Below are positions 9,501-21,500 of a DNA stretch of 41,464 nucleotides, in pieces (the stretch's first letter is position 1; every line of letters begins with the position of its first letter). Source of the DNA: Comamonadaceae bacterium (GTDB taxonomy: Bacteria; Pseudomonadota; Gammaproteobacteria; Burkholderiales; Burkholderiaceae_C); NCBI GenBank assembly GCA_027490555.1, contig JAIXXW010000300.1:1-41464 (forward strand). Direction: 5' to 3'. The notes below the pieces were generated by a model. The model was given only the letters and a program-made list of their open reading frames with translations. It was not told the origin of the DNA and searched no databases. The position numbers and the translations under genes are program-made.

Positions 9501-12500
9501 ACGCAAAGCGCCCAAACCCGTGGTGCCGAAATCTTCCTGCAGGATGCACGCGTTTCGGGTCAGTGGCAAACGAAGATGTACGACCTGACCCCCGACGACA
9601 GCACCGATGCCAACCTGAAGTACGAAGGCGAAGCTTCGCTGGGGATGTTGGCGCTGGATTTCGGCAGCATCCTTGTTGATTCGGCAGGTGCATTCAGTTT
9701 TGAGTTGCGCAACCCTGATGAAGTGCCGACCAGTGACCGCATGGTGCTCAACACCCTGTTTGACAAGGTGGATCTGCAAAGTGCCCAAATCGGTATGGGC
9801 TCGGCAGTCACTGTCAAGAACAAAGACGTGACGCTGGTCCTGCCCATCGTCGAGCAGGGACGCTTGAACACCGATGTGGCCCTCAAGATCGAAATGGGGG
9901 CGGGCACCGATGCACCGCTGACGCTGGATGTGGCGGTGCGCAAAGCCAGCACGGTCACCAACAATGGACGCGAAGATCTGGCGGCCGACGTGAATGCGGC
10001 CATCGTGGCGGCCTTGCGGGCCGCGCTGGATGAGCGTGCAGATGACAGCGCCTATGACATTTACGATGTCTGGCTGAACGATGGTGGCATGCCCCTGTTC
10101 GTGACATCCGAGAGCATCGCCAAGCCCTCGATGGATCTGGACCTGACCAACCCGGCACTGGACGATGCCAGCCGACCGATTGATGTGCTGGTGCTCAAGA
10201 AAGTGTCGGTGGGCTCGCAGGCGGTGAGCTGGAAGGTGACGCCATCCCGGCTGAGCAGCGAAATCATGACCGAGATCGAGTTCACCGGTGCCGATGGTGA
10301 AGGTGATCCGACCGCGGAGCTGACATTGGGCAGACTCAAGGCAAACGGCTGGTGGCTGTTTGAGGGCGGCCAGGAAAACGGCGAACCCTCCGAGGCCTAC
10401 GCCTTGAGGGATGCCAACACGGTGGTCAAGCTGCAGGTGGACAACATGGCTGCAGTTCTGGCGGGGGATCGTCCCATGGCCCTGCAATCGGTGATTCCAC
10501 CCAACGGACTGGGCATCTACACCCCGCTCAAGGATGTCAGCTGGAGCCGTGTGGCCGATCAGCTGGGCGCACTGGGCGACCTGTTCTCCGATTTGGGTGG
10601 CATGGGCGCCAACGGTGTTTTGGCGCAGGCCCTGCCCATGGTGAACGCCAACCTGAGTGAAATCTTCAACTTTGCCGACGCCTTTGCCGGTGTGCAGGAC
10701 CGACTGGCAGCCTACAAGGGCTTGCAGCTGCAGGACATCAAGGCCATGCTGATGGACGTTTTTGGCGTCACCGCCGAGGACATCCTGCTCAACATGGAAA
10801 CCGACAGCGAAGGTGTGACCACGGCCCTGCGCATTCAGTTGCCTTTTGCGGTTCAGGTGGACGTGACCGACCGTTTCCAGTGGCTCCTGGACCCCAAACT
10901 GCGCGCCCTGGTGGCCAACTTGCAGTTTGATGCCGATGGCGAGGAAGACACGCCAGAGACAGTGACCGGTGCGGCTTTCCTGGCCAATCTGTTGGGTGCC
11001 ATGACCGGCATGGGTGATGACAAGGGCAAGGCCCCCACGCGTTTGGTTGGCACGGCCCTGTTCCAGCTTGATTTCGGCATCGACCTCAGTGGCACCTGGA
11101 GAGACGGCACTGGAACACCCATAGCCTATGAGGATGTGGCAACCTCGACCAATACCCCGGTGGTGTTTGAAGGCAGCGAGCGCTTTGGCCAGGTCTTTCT
11201 GGTGGATCGTGAAGAAACATCCATAGGTCGGGAGGGAACCTTCCTGACGCTGGGGCTGAACAGCAACACATCGGGCATGACCTTTGACAGCAATATGGGG
11301 CTGTTCACTGCCCGGGTCAACAAGGGCAGTCTGGCGCTGGATGTCGATGCGGTTGTACGCATCGATTCGCAGGAGCTGCAAGACCCCAGCGACGAAAACA
11401 GTGCGGAAGTCACACGCACCTGGCTGTCGGATTACAACGACCTGGTCAATGAAGCCACTGCTTCCAGCAATGCCCGCACACGGGCGGTGCAAGAAGTGGC
11501 CACGCTGGTCAACACGGCAACCACCGATGCGGTGACAACGACGGTGATGCTGCCCATGGCCGTTGCCAACGGCGTGACCGAACTTCACCTGGTGGATGCC
11601 GATGGCGTGTCGCAGGGCACCCTGCTGCTGCAAGCCCACGACGGATTGCAGGATCTGCTCGGCCAATTGGCACCGGAAGTCCAGGAACAGCTCAGCCTCT
11701 CGCAAGCCGATGTGCTGAATCTGCGCTTGAACACCAAAGTGACCTCGCTGGCGGTGCTCAATGCCGCTGAGGACGGTCCGCAAGCCTGGCTGGACGAGCT
11801 GGGTCAACTGCAGGTCGAACGAGGCGCCAGTTTTCAGCTGACCTACAACTTCCGCACCAACGCCGGTTTGTTGCAGATGGCAACCGAAACCATCGATTGG
11901 TCCGAAGGCAGCAGTCTCGAAGACCTGTCATTCGCCTTGTTCCAGGCGATCAATTCGGCCCAGACGCAAGACGCCAATGTCTACAGCGGACCCGTGTTGA
12001 TGGTCAGCCTTCTGGGGCAAAACGCCCTGGTGCTGCGCATGCCCATCGATTGGACGGTGCAGACCCAGGATGTGCAGACTTTGCTGGTGGACCTCAGCCG
12101 AGACGGCCGTTTTGGCCTGACGGTGGACACCCCCAGCACCACAGCCACCGATGTGGTGCTCGAGAGTGTGGCGGACGCCAGCAGTGACGCCGTATTGGAA
12201 GATTTGCAAGCCGCTCTCGATGAGGCCGGTGTGAGCGAACTTCTGAGCCTGCAGCAGGTTCAGCTGTTTGCCCTGAAGATGCCCAACAACGTCACCATGA
12301 CCGGTGTCCAGGTGCAGTCGCTTGAAGACAGCGCATCCCTGAACCGGGCCTGGTTCGATGCCAATGGTGGCCTGAACGTCACAGGCGGATCGGACTATCG
12401 CTTGTCTTTCCAGCTGTCCACGCGCAATGACAGCAATGTGGTGGTGGTGAGCGATTTCACGACCGACTGGATCGCTGCGGATGCGAGTGCCTCGGACATC

Positions 12501-15500
12501 ACAGCGGCCTTGGCGGCTGCCTTGGACGACAGTGGCGACAGCTACTTAGCCACCGGCAACCGTGCCTTGACCGTGACTGCCGCCAGCGAGGCGGTGTACC
12601 TGCTGCGTGCGGCATCCGATGTGACAGTCAGCGCCATCAAAGGCCGCGATCTGGCCCAGGATGAAGTCGATGCCTACCGTGCAGACCGCCTGGCGGTCAC
12701 CCTGGACGGTTCCCTGCGGGTCGCATTGCCCATGTCTGTGATGTTCTCTTCGGGGCTGGCCAAGCTGGCCGAGCAGGCCCCCGAAGAAATGGGCTTGGGC
12801 AATTTCGTCAACCCGATGCCGATTGGCACCCTCGAGGCCGAATTCAAAGACCTGGGCAGCTGGATGGCTTACAAGGGTGGTGCGGCCTTCACCGGTACGA
12901 CCGAAGTGGGCAGCGACCCCAATGACACGATCCTGTCGGTTTACCTGGCCGAAGCTATTCCGCCGGATCCGAATGCCAGCGGCAATGGTGCGGGCGACCC
13001 GCCCGTGCCAGAGGGCACACCGGTGGACCAGGATTACGAAGACCAGTTGCGCCAGGTACAGCCTGACCCCTACCGAATCCTCAACAGCAATGGCGGAGGC
13101 CTGGTTGACGGAGGCGGTGGCAATGGCGGCAACAACGGCGGCGGAACGGACAACAACACGCCTGATCCGGATGTCTTTGACATCAGCCTGACCCTGCCGA
13201 ACTTCAAGCATTGGCAAGATGTGGCGGCCCAGTTGATCGCCTTGTCAGGCGCAGATGGTTGCGACCCCGACGAGCCCGAAAACCCTGGCCTGTTGATGCT
13301 GTTGCGTGACCCCGCTCAGGTGGTGGACACGATTGACCAGATCCTGGAGCAGATCCAGGTGCAGCTGAATAACCTGTTTGGCGACATTTCCCTGCCATTC
13401 ATCCAAACCCAACTGGCTGGGGCGATCGGCTTCATTGACGAGCTGCGCGTGGACCTGTTGGGCGCTCTGCGTGAGGCCATCGAGTCCACTTACAAGATCT
13501 ACGGTGGCGTGGACAATGCCTTGCGCATGTTCATGTTCGATGTGCTCACCACCGACATGAACGGCGACTGGGTCATCGATTCCACCGATACGGAAGACCC
13601 AGGCTACAACCTGTTCCTGAATTTCCTGCGTGACTTCAACGGCGACGGCATGGTGTCGGCCGACGACATCGTCATCGAGTACCTCTTGACCGCCGATTCC
13701 GAGGAAGATGAGGGGGAGGAGGAAGAAGAGGGTGAGGGCGAAGACACCGGCGGCGAAGACACGGGTGGCGAGGACACCGGCGGCGAAGACACGGGTGGCG
13801 AGGACACCGGCGGCGAAGACACCGGCGGCGAAGACACCGGCGGCGAAGACACCGGCGGCGAAGACACGGGTGGCGAAGACACGGGTGGCGAGGACACCGG
13901 TGGTGAAGACACGGGTGGTGAAGACACGGGTGGTGAAGACACGGGTGGTGAAGAGGAAGAGGAAGAAGAGGAAGAAGAAGAGTACGCCGTTGACATGGCG
14001 GATCTGAGCTGGAGCGCAGGTCGGCGCGCGGCCTGGGTGACTTCGGGCATGAACGAAGCCCTGCTGAGCATGGTCGAGACCGATGGCTCAGACTACGGCG
14101 ATGATTTTGAAGGCTTCATTGCCCAGGACGACGCCGAGGCGGAAGAACCGACACCGATCGAGGATGCCCAGGCCATCTTCAGTGTGCTGCAGGCACAGGA
14201 CTATGGTGACTACAAGCTGCTGTTGAAGGTCCCCTCGCTGGATGCCTATGGTCAGTTGGTGCTCGATGAGCACGGTGAGCCTGCCCTGACCGATGTGATG
14301 ACCCAGGAATTGGCCTTTGATGCCGATGCACAAACCATCCAGCAGGCCTTGATCCTGGCCCTGTCTGTGGCCTTGCCGGGCATCCAGGTGACTCAGGACG
14401 ATGTGGAAGTCATAGAGCTGGTGAATCCAGATGCCGATCCGGACAGCGAAGACGTGCCCGCGCGCATGTTTGCCATTCGTCTGGCAGAAGCGCTCAATGA
14501 GAAATTTGCCGACTACCACGCCCAGATGTTCGTGCCGGTCGAGGAGGGCGCTGTCTACGAACCGCTGGGTGACGAGCAGATCCTGACCGCCATGCTGGGC
14601 ATCGACTATGGCGACTCTTGTTACACCAACAGTGCCGGCAAGGTTGTGCTCGATGCATCGTTTGACGACAGCATCGAAGAAATGGCGGGCGTGTGGACCG
14701 GTTCAACCGGCCAAACCGACGATGAAAAAGAAGCGGCTGTCCGGCAGTCGGTGCGCGAGACAGTGCTGGAAGAGGCCAAGGCCATCCAGTTCCGTATGAA
14801 TTTGGGTCAAACCTACGAGTGGGCGCAAAACCTGTCCTTCGATCTGGGTCTGGATGCGATTCCCTTGGAGCTGTCCTTGTCAGGCGAACTGGTGCTTGAA
14901 GTCAAGTGGGACGTGTTTCTGGGCTTTGGTCTGGACCTGGACGAAGGGTTTTACCTGGTCACCCGGTCCATGGACCGGGCGGGCATTGGCGCGGTCACCA
15001 ACATCAATGCGCCCGATGGTTATTCCGAGAATGAGGAAGACGAGCACATCGCCAATCTCTGGCAAATCGAGGAAGAGGAAGAAGAGGATGAGGCCATCAG
15101 CCTCAACGACTTCAACATGGACAGTTTCCTGGGCCTGTTTGAGACGCCCGAAGAAGACCCTGAACTGCCCGAAACCGAGGAAATCATCATCTCGGCCAAC
15201 GTTTTCCTGAGGGGTCTCGATAGCGATGGCGATGGCGAGGAAGACACGCCAGCATCGCTCAGCGGACGTTTGTTGTTCCTGGGCGGTCAGCTGACCGACC
15301 TGTGGACCGACACCATCAAGAACACCGAAGCCGAGGACGTCGAGGTCAGTGAAGATATGGCGTGGGGTGAAGAAGGCAAGGGCAGCCGCACCCAGCTGTA
15401 CGCATTCTTCAAGATCGACATCACCGACGGTACTGGCGGTGATGACGAAGAGGAAGCTGCCGCAGATGAAGAGGAAGATACGGGCGGTGATGCCGGTGGA

Positions 15501-18500
15501 GACGAAGCTGCCGGTGGAGAGGAAGCCGCTGGTGGAGATGAAGCTGCCGGTGGAGATGAAGCCGCCGGTGGAGATGAAGCTGCCGGTGGAGATGAAGCTG
15601 CCGGTGGTGACGAAGCCGACGGAGGAGACGCAGGGGGCGATGACGCTTCAGCCGATGAAGAAGCCCCCGAGTTCGCTGACGATGGTCGCCTGACTTTCGC
15701 CAAATTCATGGAGGCCGATCTGAGCGATCTCTTCGAGATCAGTTGGAAGGCCTTGGCGCAGGTCAATCTGAACGCCAAGCTGGGTCTGTCGGTGGGCGCA
15801 CCGCTGGACTTCTTGCCGACTGTACAGACCGAATTCCATTTGTACTGGGGCATGGGCAGCGAAGAGGCCGAAGAGGATGAAAAAGAAGATCCAAAGAGCC
15901 AGATGGCCAAGTTGGCCGAAGGCTTGGGCTTTGAGTTGCCCGAGGGCGAAGAAGAGCCCGAATACTTTGATCTCTTCACAGACTCACCCACCATCTGGTT
16001 CAGCGATGTGCGCCTGGATCTGGGCACATTCTTCACCGAATTCATGATGCCGGTGGCCGATCGCGTGTTCCAGGTGATTGGACCGCTGATCCCCGTCATC
16101 AAGGCCTTGACCACACCGATCCCAGGTTTGTCCCAGTTGATGGGCAAGGACTACACCGCCGTGGATTTGGCGGTGGACATGGCCAAGTTGTTTGGCGGTG
16201 AGACCAAGGTTGAATTCATTGTGGCCGTGGTCAAGATGGTCCGCACCCTGATCGACATGTACGAGGATGTTTCGGCCAACGGTGGCAACTTTGCCATCCC
16301 GATCGCCGAAGTGCTCGTGTTGAGTTCTGCGGAAGATGATGAAGAGGGCGGTGGTGACGGCGACGACGAAGGCGACGGCGACGACAAACCCGATGTCGAA
16401 GAAAAAGGTGACAAAGAAGAAGCCTTGTCTGATGAAGAGAAGGATCTGCCCGAGGAGGGATCGGCCAAGGAAACGACAGATGACCTGGAGGACAACGCAG
16501 ACTCTCCAGGCAGCGCGCTGGCCTTCCCTTTCCTCGAGGATCTGTTTGGCACCACCATCGACCTGCTCCTGGGCAATCCGGTGGATCTGGTCACCTTTAC
16601 GCCACCCGATCTCGTTGTGGAAGTCAAGTTCCGTTTCGGGGCCAAGATTTTCTACATCTTCGAAGTGGGTATCGGGGGCAGTTTGAAGTTTGGCGCACGT
16701 CTGACTTTTGGCTATGACACTTTCGGCATCATGAAGTTCCTCGAGACCAAGCAGGTGCTCGACATCTTTGATGGCTTCTATGTCAGCGACAACGTCGTCA
16801 ACGGCGTGGACTTGCCTGAAATCTTCCTGGAGACCAAGCTGGGCGTGTACGTGGGTCTGGACCTGGGTGTCGTCAAGATTGGCATCATGGGCGGCATCAA
16901 GCTGACCGGTGGTATCAACCTGTGCGATCCGGACAAAGACGGCAAGATCCGCCCAAGTGAATTCATCCAGATGATCCAGGAGGATCCTGCAGCACTGGTG
17001 TCGGTCGAGGTCACCTTGGGTGCCTTCATCTTGTTCTACATCGAGGTGTTGTTCCTCAAGTTTGAGTTCACCATCGTCGATGTGGTGTTGTTCAAGTGGG
17101 AGTACAACCCCTGCGATCGCCAGCCAATCTTGGCGGTGATGGATGGCACCGATCTGGTGTTCAACACGGGCAGCGGCATTGGAGCCATCGATGGCAACGA
17201 GGGCATTCGCCAGACCGCCGAGGACCGCCGTTACCGTAACACGGATGATGGCGATGAGCAGTACACACTCACAGGCAACGATGGCGATATACGCATCGAT
17301 GCGGTGCTGCCCAATGGCCAGGCTTACAACCAGAGCTTCAGTGGTGTGCAACGCGTGCGCGGCTACGCAGGTGCTGGCAACGACGTTTTTGACGCCTCGG
17401 CCATCAACATCCCCGTCTATTTTGTGGGCGGCAGCGGTGACGATGAACTGATTGGCGGTTCGGGCGAGGACACCCTGGTCGGTGGCACCGACAGCAGCCT
17501 TTTGCAAGGCAATGAGGGCGATGACCTGCTGGTTGCGCGTGGTGGTGAGACCACCATGAAGGGCCAGGAGGGTGATGACACTTACCGCATGTTGCCTGGA
17601 TGGGGCGAGGCCACCATTCCGACCGACAGCAATGGCCGTAATGTGATCGACTTCACGGCCCAGCAGCTGGGCGTGACCATCGATGATGCTGAACACAACG
17701 CTTTCCAGGGTGACAACACCGTCAGCTGGACGGCAGCAACCACGGTCGATCAGATCTGGGGTGGCCAGGGCGATGACCGTCTGGACTTTTCCGGCAATGA
17801 AGCCAACTTGCTGGTCACAGTGACCGGCATGTCCCGCAATGCCCTGAACGTGAACAGCTACAGCCAGACACTGATGGACCGCGATGCTGGCTGGACTGTC
17901 GATGAAAAAACCAATGCGGGCTGGGTGACCAACGCCGCAACCGGCATGCAACAGTCGGGCTTAGCGGCAGGCAGTGAGCAGCGTGGTGTTGACGATGACG
18001 AAGGTTTTGGCTTCAAGTTTGTCGGGATCGAGAACATCATTGGCGGCCAGGGCAGTGACGCTTTCCGTATCCGCGATGGCGCCTCGGTCACCGGCAGTCT
18101 GCATGGCGACACGGCCACAGGTCTGTACCATGACAGTGGAACAGGCAACGAAAACGCCAATGCGCGCAACACCATCGATTTCTCGGAGTACACCGAGGGC
18201 GTGCGTGTGGACCAGGAAAACTACAGCGCCTTTGGCGTGGCCGGTGCCAGCCGCATCGTGGTGCGTGGCATGCACAACATGTTTGGTGGTCAGGTGTCCG
18301 ATTACCTTGCGGGTGATGGTCGCAACAACCTGATTGTGGGCAACGACGGTGCCGACACGCTAGAAGGTCGTTCGGCACATGATCTGCTGGTGGCCGACAA
18401 CTTCCTGACCTGGATGAACGTGCTGCCGCGCCCCATGAATGGTACGGTGGTGTCCAGCTATATCGCGCTGGAGGATGTGGGGCAGCGTGCCGATTTTGGT

Positions 18501-21500
18501 GGTGATGGCCGCCGCTGGGTGTGGCTGGGTCAGTCCGTGGAAAACCGGTCGCTGACCACAGCGGGTCAGACACTGCGTGGTGGTACCGGTAACGACATGC
18601 AGATGGGCGCCCTCGGCAGTGATTTGTTCAATGACGGCGGCACGGGCGAAGGCAACGATACCATCGTTGGCGATCTGGGACGCATGCGGGTGGACTTCAT
18701 CTACCGCACTCCCCTGTACGTCGAGTCCTTTGGCCGCCGCGGTGGTGGTAACGACACCATCAACTTGGGCACTGGCAGCAATATCGTGATCGCCGGGGCT
18801 GGTGACGATACGGTCAGTGGCAATGACAAGGCCGACAGCGTTAACATCGTCATGGGCGACAACGGCGCCATCAAGTTCCAGTCGGTTTACGCCAATGTGG
18901 GCGGCACAAGCAACAATTGGATCTTGCGTGCCAATTTGCAGGACCCGGATGCGCCCGGCTACAGCAACCACATGATCGAGTACATCCGCGCCGAGCAGGA
19001 CGAAGCGCCGGAAGACGGTCGCATCGACGATGTGCAAGTGGGTCAGGCTGGCAGGGACGTGATCAACCTGAGCAGTGGCTCGGGCGTGGTCTTTGGCGGA
19101 TGGGGCGCAGACACCATCACCTTTGGTGCCAAAGCTTCTGTCGAGTCCAACACCCGCTACATCGCCGGTGACCATGCCGAAGTGATAGGTGACGCCAACG
19201 GTGGCATCGTGGCCTTCCGCACGCTGGACACGGCGCGCGCCAATGGTGGTGACGATTTCATCCAGGTGGGTGACCAGAATGACAGCCTGGGCCGAGACCT
19301 GGGCCGCAACTACGTCATGGGTGGCATGGCCTCTGACACCGTGTTGATCTCGGCTGGTCTGGACGACGCGGGCGTGCTGCGCTTTGGCGCAGCCAGCAGT
19401 GAAGATGTGGTGGTGGGTGACAACGGTGAAATGCTGCGCACCGAGAGCATGGTGTCTGCACAGTTGATTCCCAACCTGATGCTGCGCTTGCAGACCATCC
19501 AAAACGACAAGGGCGATGGCGACCAGATTGCGCTGGGTCATGGCACCAAAGTGGTACTGGGCGGTGTGGACGGTGACACCATCGAGGCGCTCAATGGCGA
19601 TCACCTTGTGTTGGGCGACAACGGTCGACTGGACTATGACAGCGTGGCCGACAATGGTGTTTTGCGCACTGTGACCACGACCGACATCGTGATCGGTGGC
19701 GATGACCTGATCACCCTGGGTGAAGGGTATACCCTGGTGGCTGGCGGCAAGGGCAACGACACCATTGATGTCGCAGCCACCCGTGCTGGCGATGCCACAG
19801 GTTTGGCAGTACGCGACGAGCAAGGGCGTCTGCGCTATGTGGCGGGCGTCTTGGGCGTTGCAGCTGTGCGCGAAGTGCAGCGCGATCCCGCCATTGCACT
19901 TGACAACAGTGGACGTACCGGACGTTTCATCTCGGGTGACAACACCTTGATGTCCTTCGATGACCAGGGTGGCTTGATTGCCATGCTGACCACCGACCCG
20001 ATTGCGGCCACGGGTGGCTCCGACAGCATCCGCATTGGCATGGCCAACACGGCGGCTTTCGACCTGGGCTTGCAAGCGGTGGTGGGCGGCATGGGCAATG
20101 ACCGCATCGAAATCAGCCGGGATGGTGTCTCCAGCGATGTGATTTTGGGTGACAACGGCGACTACCGCCGCGGCACACGCACCTACGGTCTGACCCATGT
20201 GGTCAGCACACGCACCGAGGCTGGAGGCTCAGACAGCATCAGCACAGGTGCAGGTGACAAGATCATCCTGGGTGGCTTCGGTACGGATGTGATCTCGGCA
20301 GCTACGCTTGACAATGTCAACTTGTCCAGCGGCAATGGTGAGACAACAGCCACCCGGATTGATAACCGCAGCATCGTGATGGGCGACTCGGGTCAGGTTC
20401 TGTTCGACCTGTCGGGCTCAGGAGCCTTGTCAGAAATCACTTCGATCGCCTTGGCCATGGGCGGCAACGACCTTGTGTCGCTGGGTGATGGAGACATCAC
20501 CTTTGTGGGTGGAATCGGCAACGACCATTTGGTCGTGACACCCAGCAACTTGGACGCCAGCGCCATCCGCGTGGCTTTGGGTGACAACGCCACATTGCGC
20601 TTTGCGGGCATCACGGACAAGTCGGCCCAGGCGGAAAACTTGATCACTGCCCAAACCCTGGATCAGACGATCGCAACCGGTGGTTCAGATGTCATGACCG
20701 TGGGTCGTGCAGGTGCCACCATGGGCCAAGCCATCTTGATGGGTGGCATGGGTGCTGACAGACTCACGGTGTTGGGCAGCACGGCTGACAGTGTGATGGT
20801 CGGCGACAACGGTCTGGTCAATGTGGTTCAAGTGGCGAGCACACGCAGCATCACAGGCCAGCAGTCCATGTCCTGGATCAACCATCAGTCTTCGAACGGT
20901 GTGTCGATGCTCACCAGCGTCGAATCTCTCTTGCCTGAGCAAGGCACCGGGGACAGTCTGGCGACTGTGAACGGCAAGGCCATCATGGTGGGTGGCGCAG
21001 GTGCCGATCAAATCAGCGCTGGACGGGGTCAGGGCGTTGTCTTTGGTGACGGTGCACGCATCAGCTATGCCGACGGCGCTTTGCGCGAAGCGATCAGCTT
21101 TGGGCTGGCCAGTGGTTTGGGCGACCAGATTGAATTGGGCGCTGGCAGTGGTGCTGATGGTCACAAAGTGGTGGTGGGGGGTGCAGGTGCGGACACGGTC
21201 ACCGTGTCCTCCACACAAGGCACCAACGCATTGCCTTCCTTGCGCACCGAGCGTGTGGTCGCCGGAGACAATGCGACCTTGGGCTTTGACGATCAAGGAC
21301 GCTTGGTGAACATGGATACGCCAGATGCCGACATCGCCACATCGGGTGATGACGCGCTGACCGTCCTGATTTCAGGGGTCAATGTGGATCTGAATGCCGA
21401 TGCGGTGTTCATGGCGGGTGGTCTGGGCAATGACCGCGTGGTGGTCAATGCCAGTGGCAAGACAGTAACGGTGGCCAGCGGTGACAATTTGCAAGTGAGC

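Noticed and set aside
13604-14071. (VSSPP)n antisense ORF and the Lys/Arg-rich histone-like (AKTxx)n ORF at 13708-14007
   Set aside because: Alternative readings of the 15-bp repeat. Variation is synonymous in the EDTGG frame but changes residues in the AKT frame; the antisense frame has no independent support.
13740-15620. Tandem repeats as a possible CRISPR array
   Set aside because: Head-to-tail units with no unique spacers, in frame within a CDS, and no cas genes.
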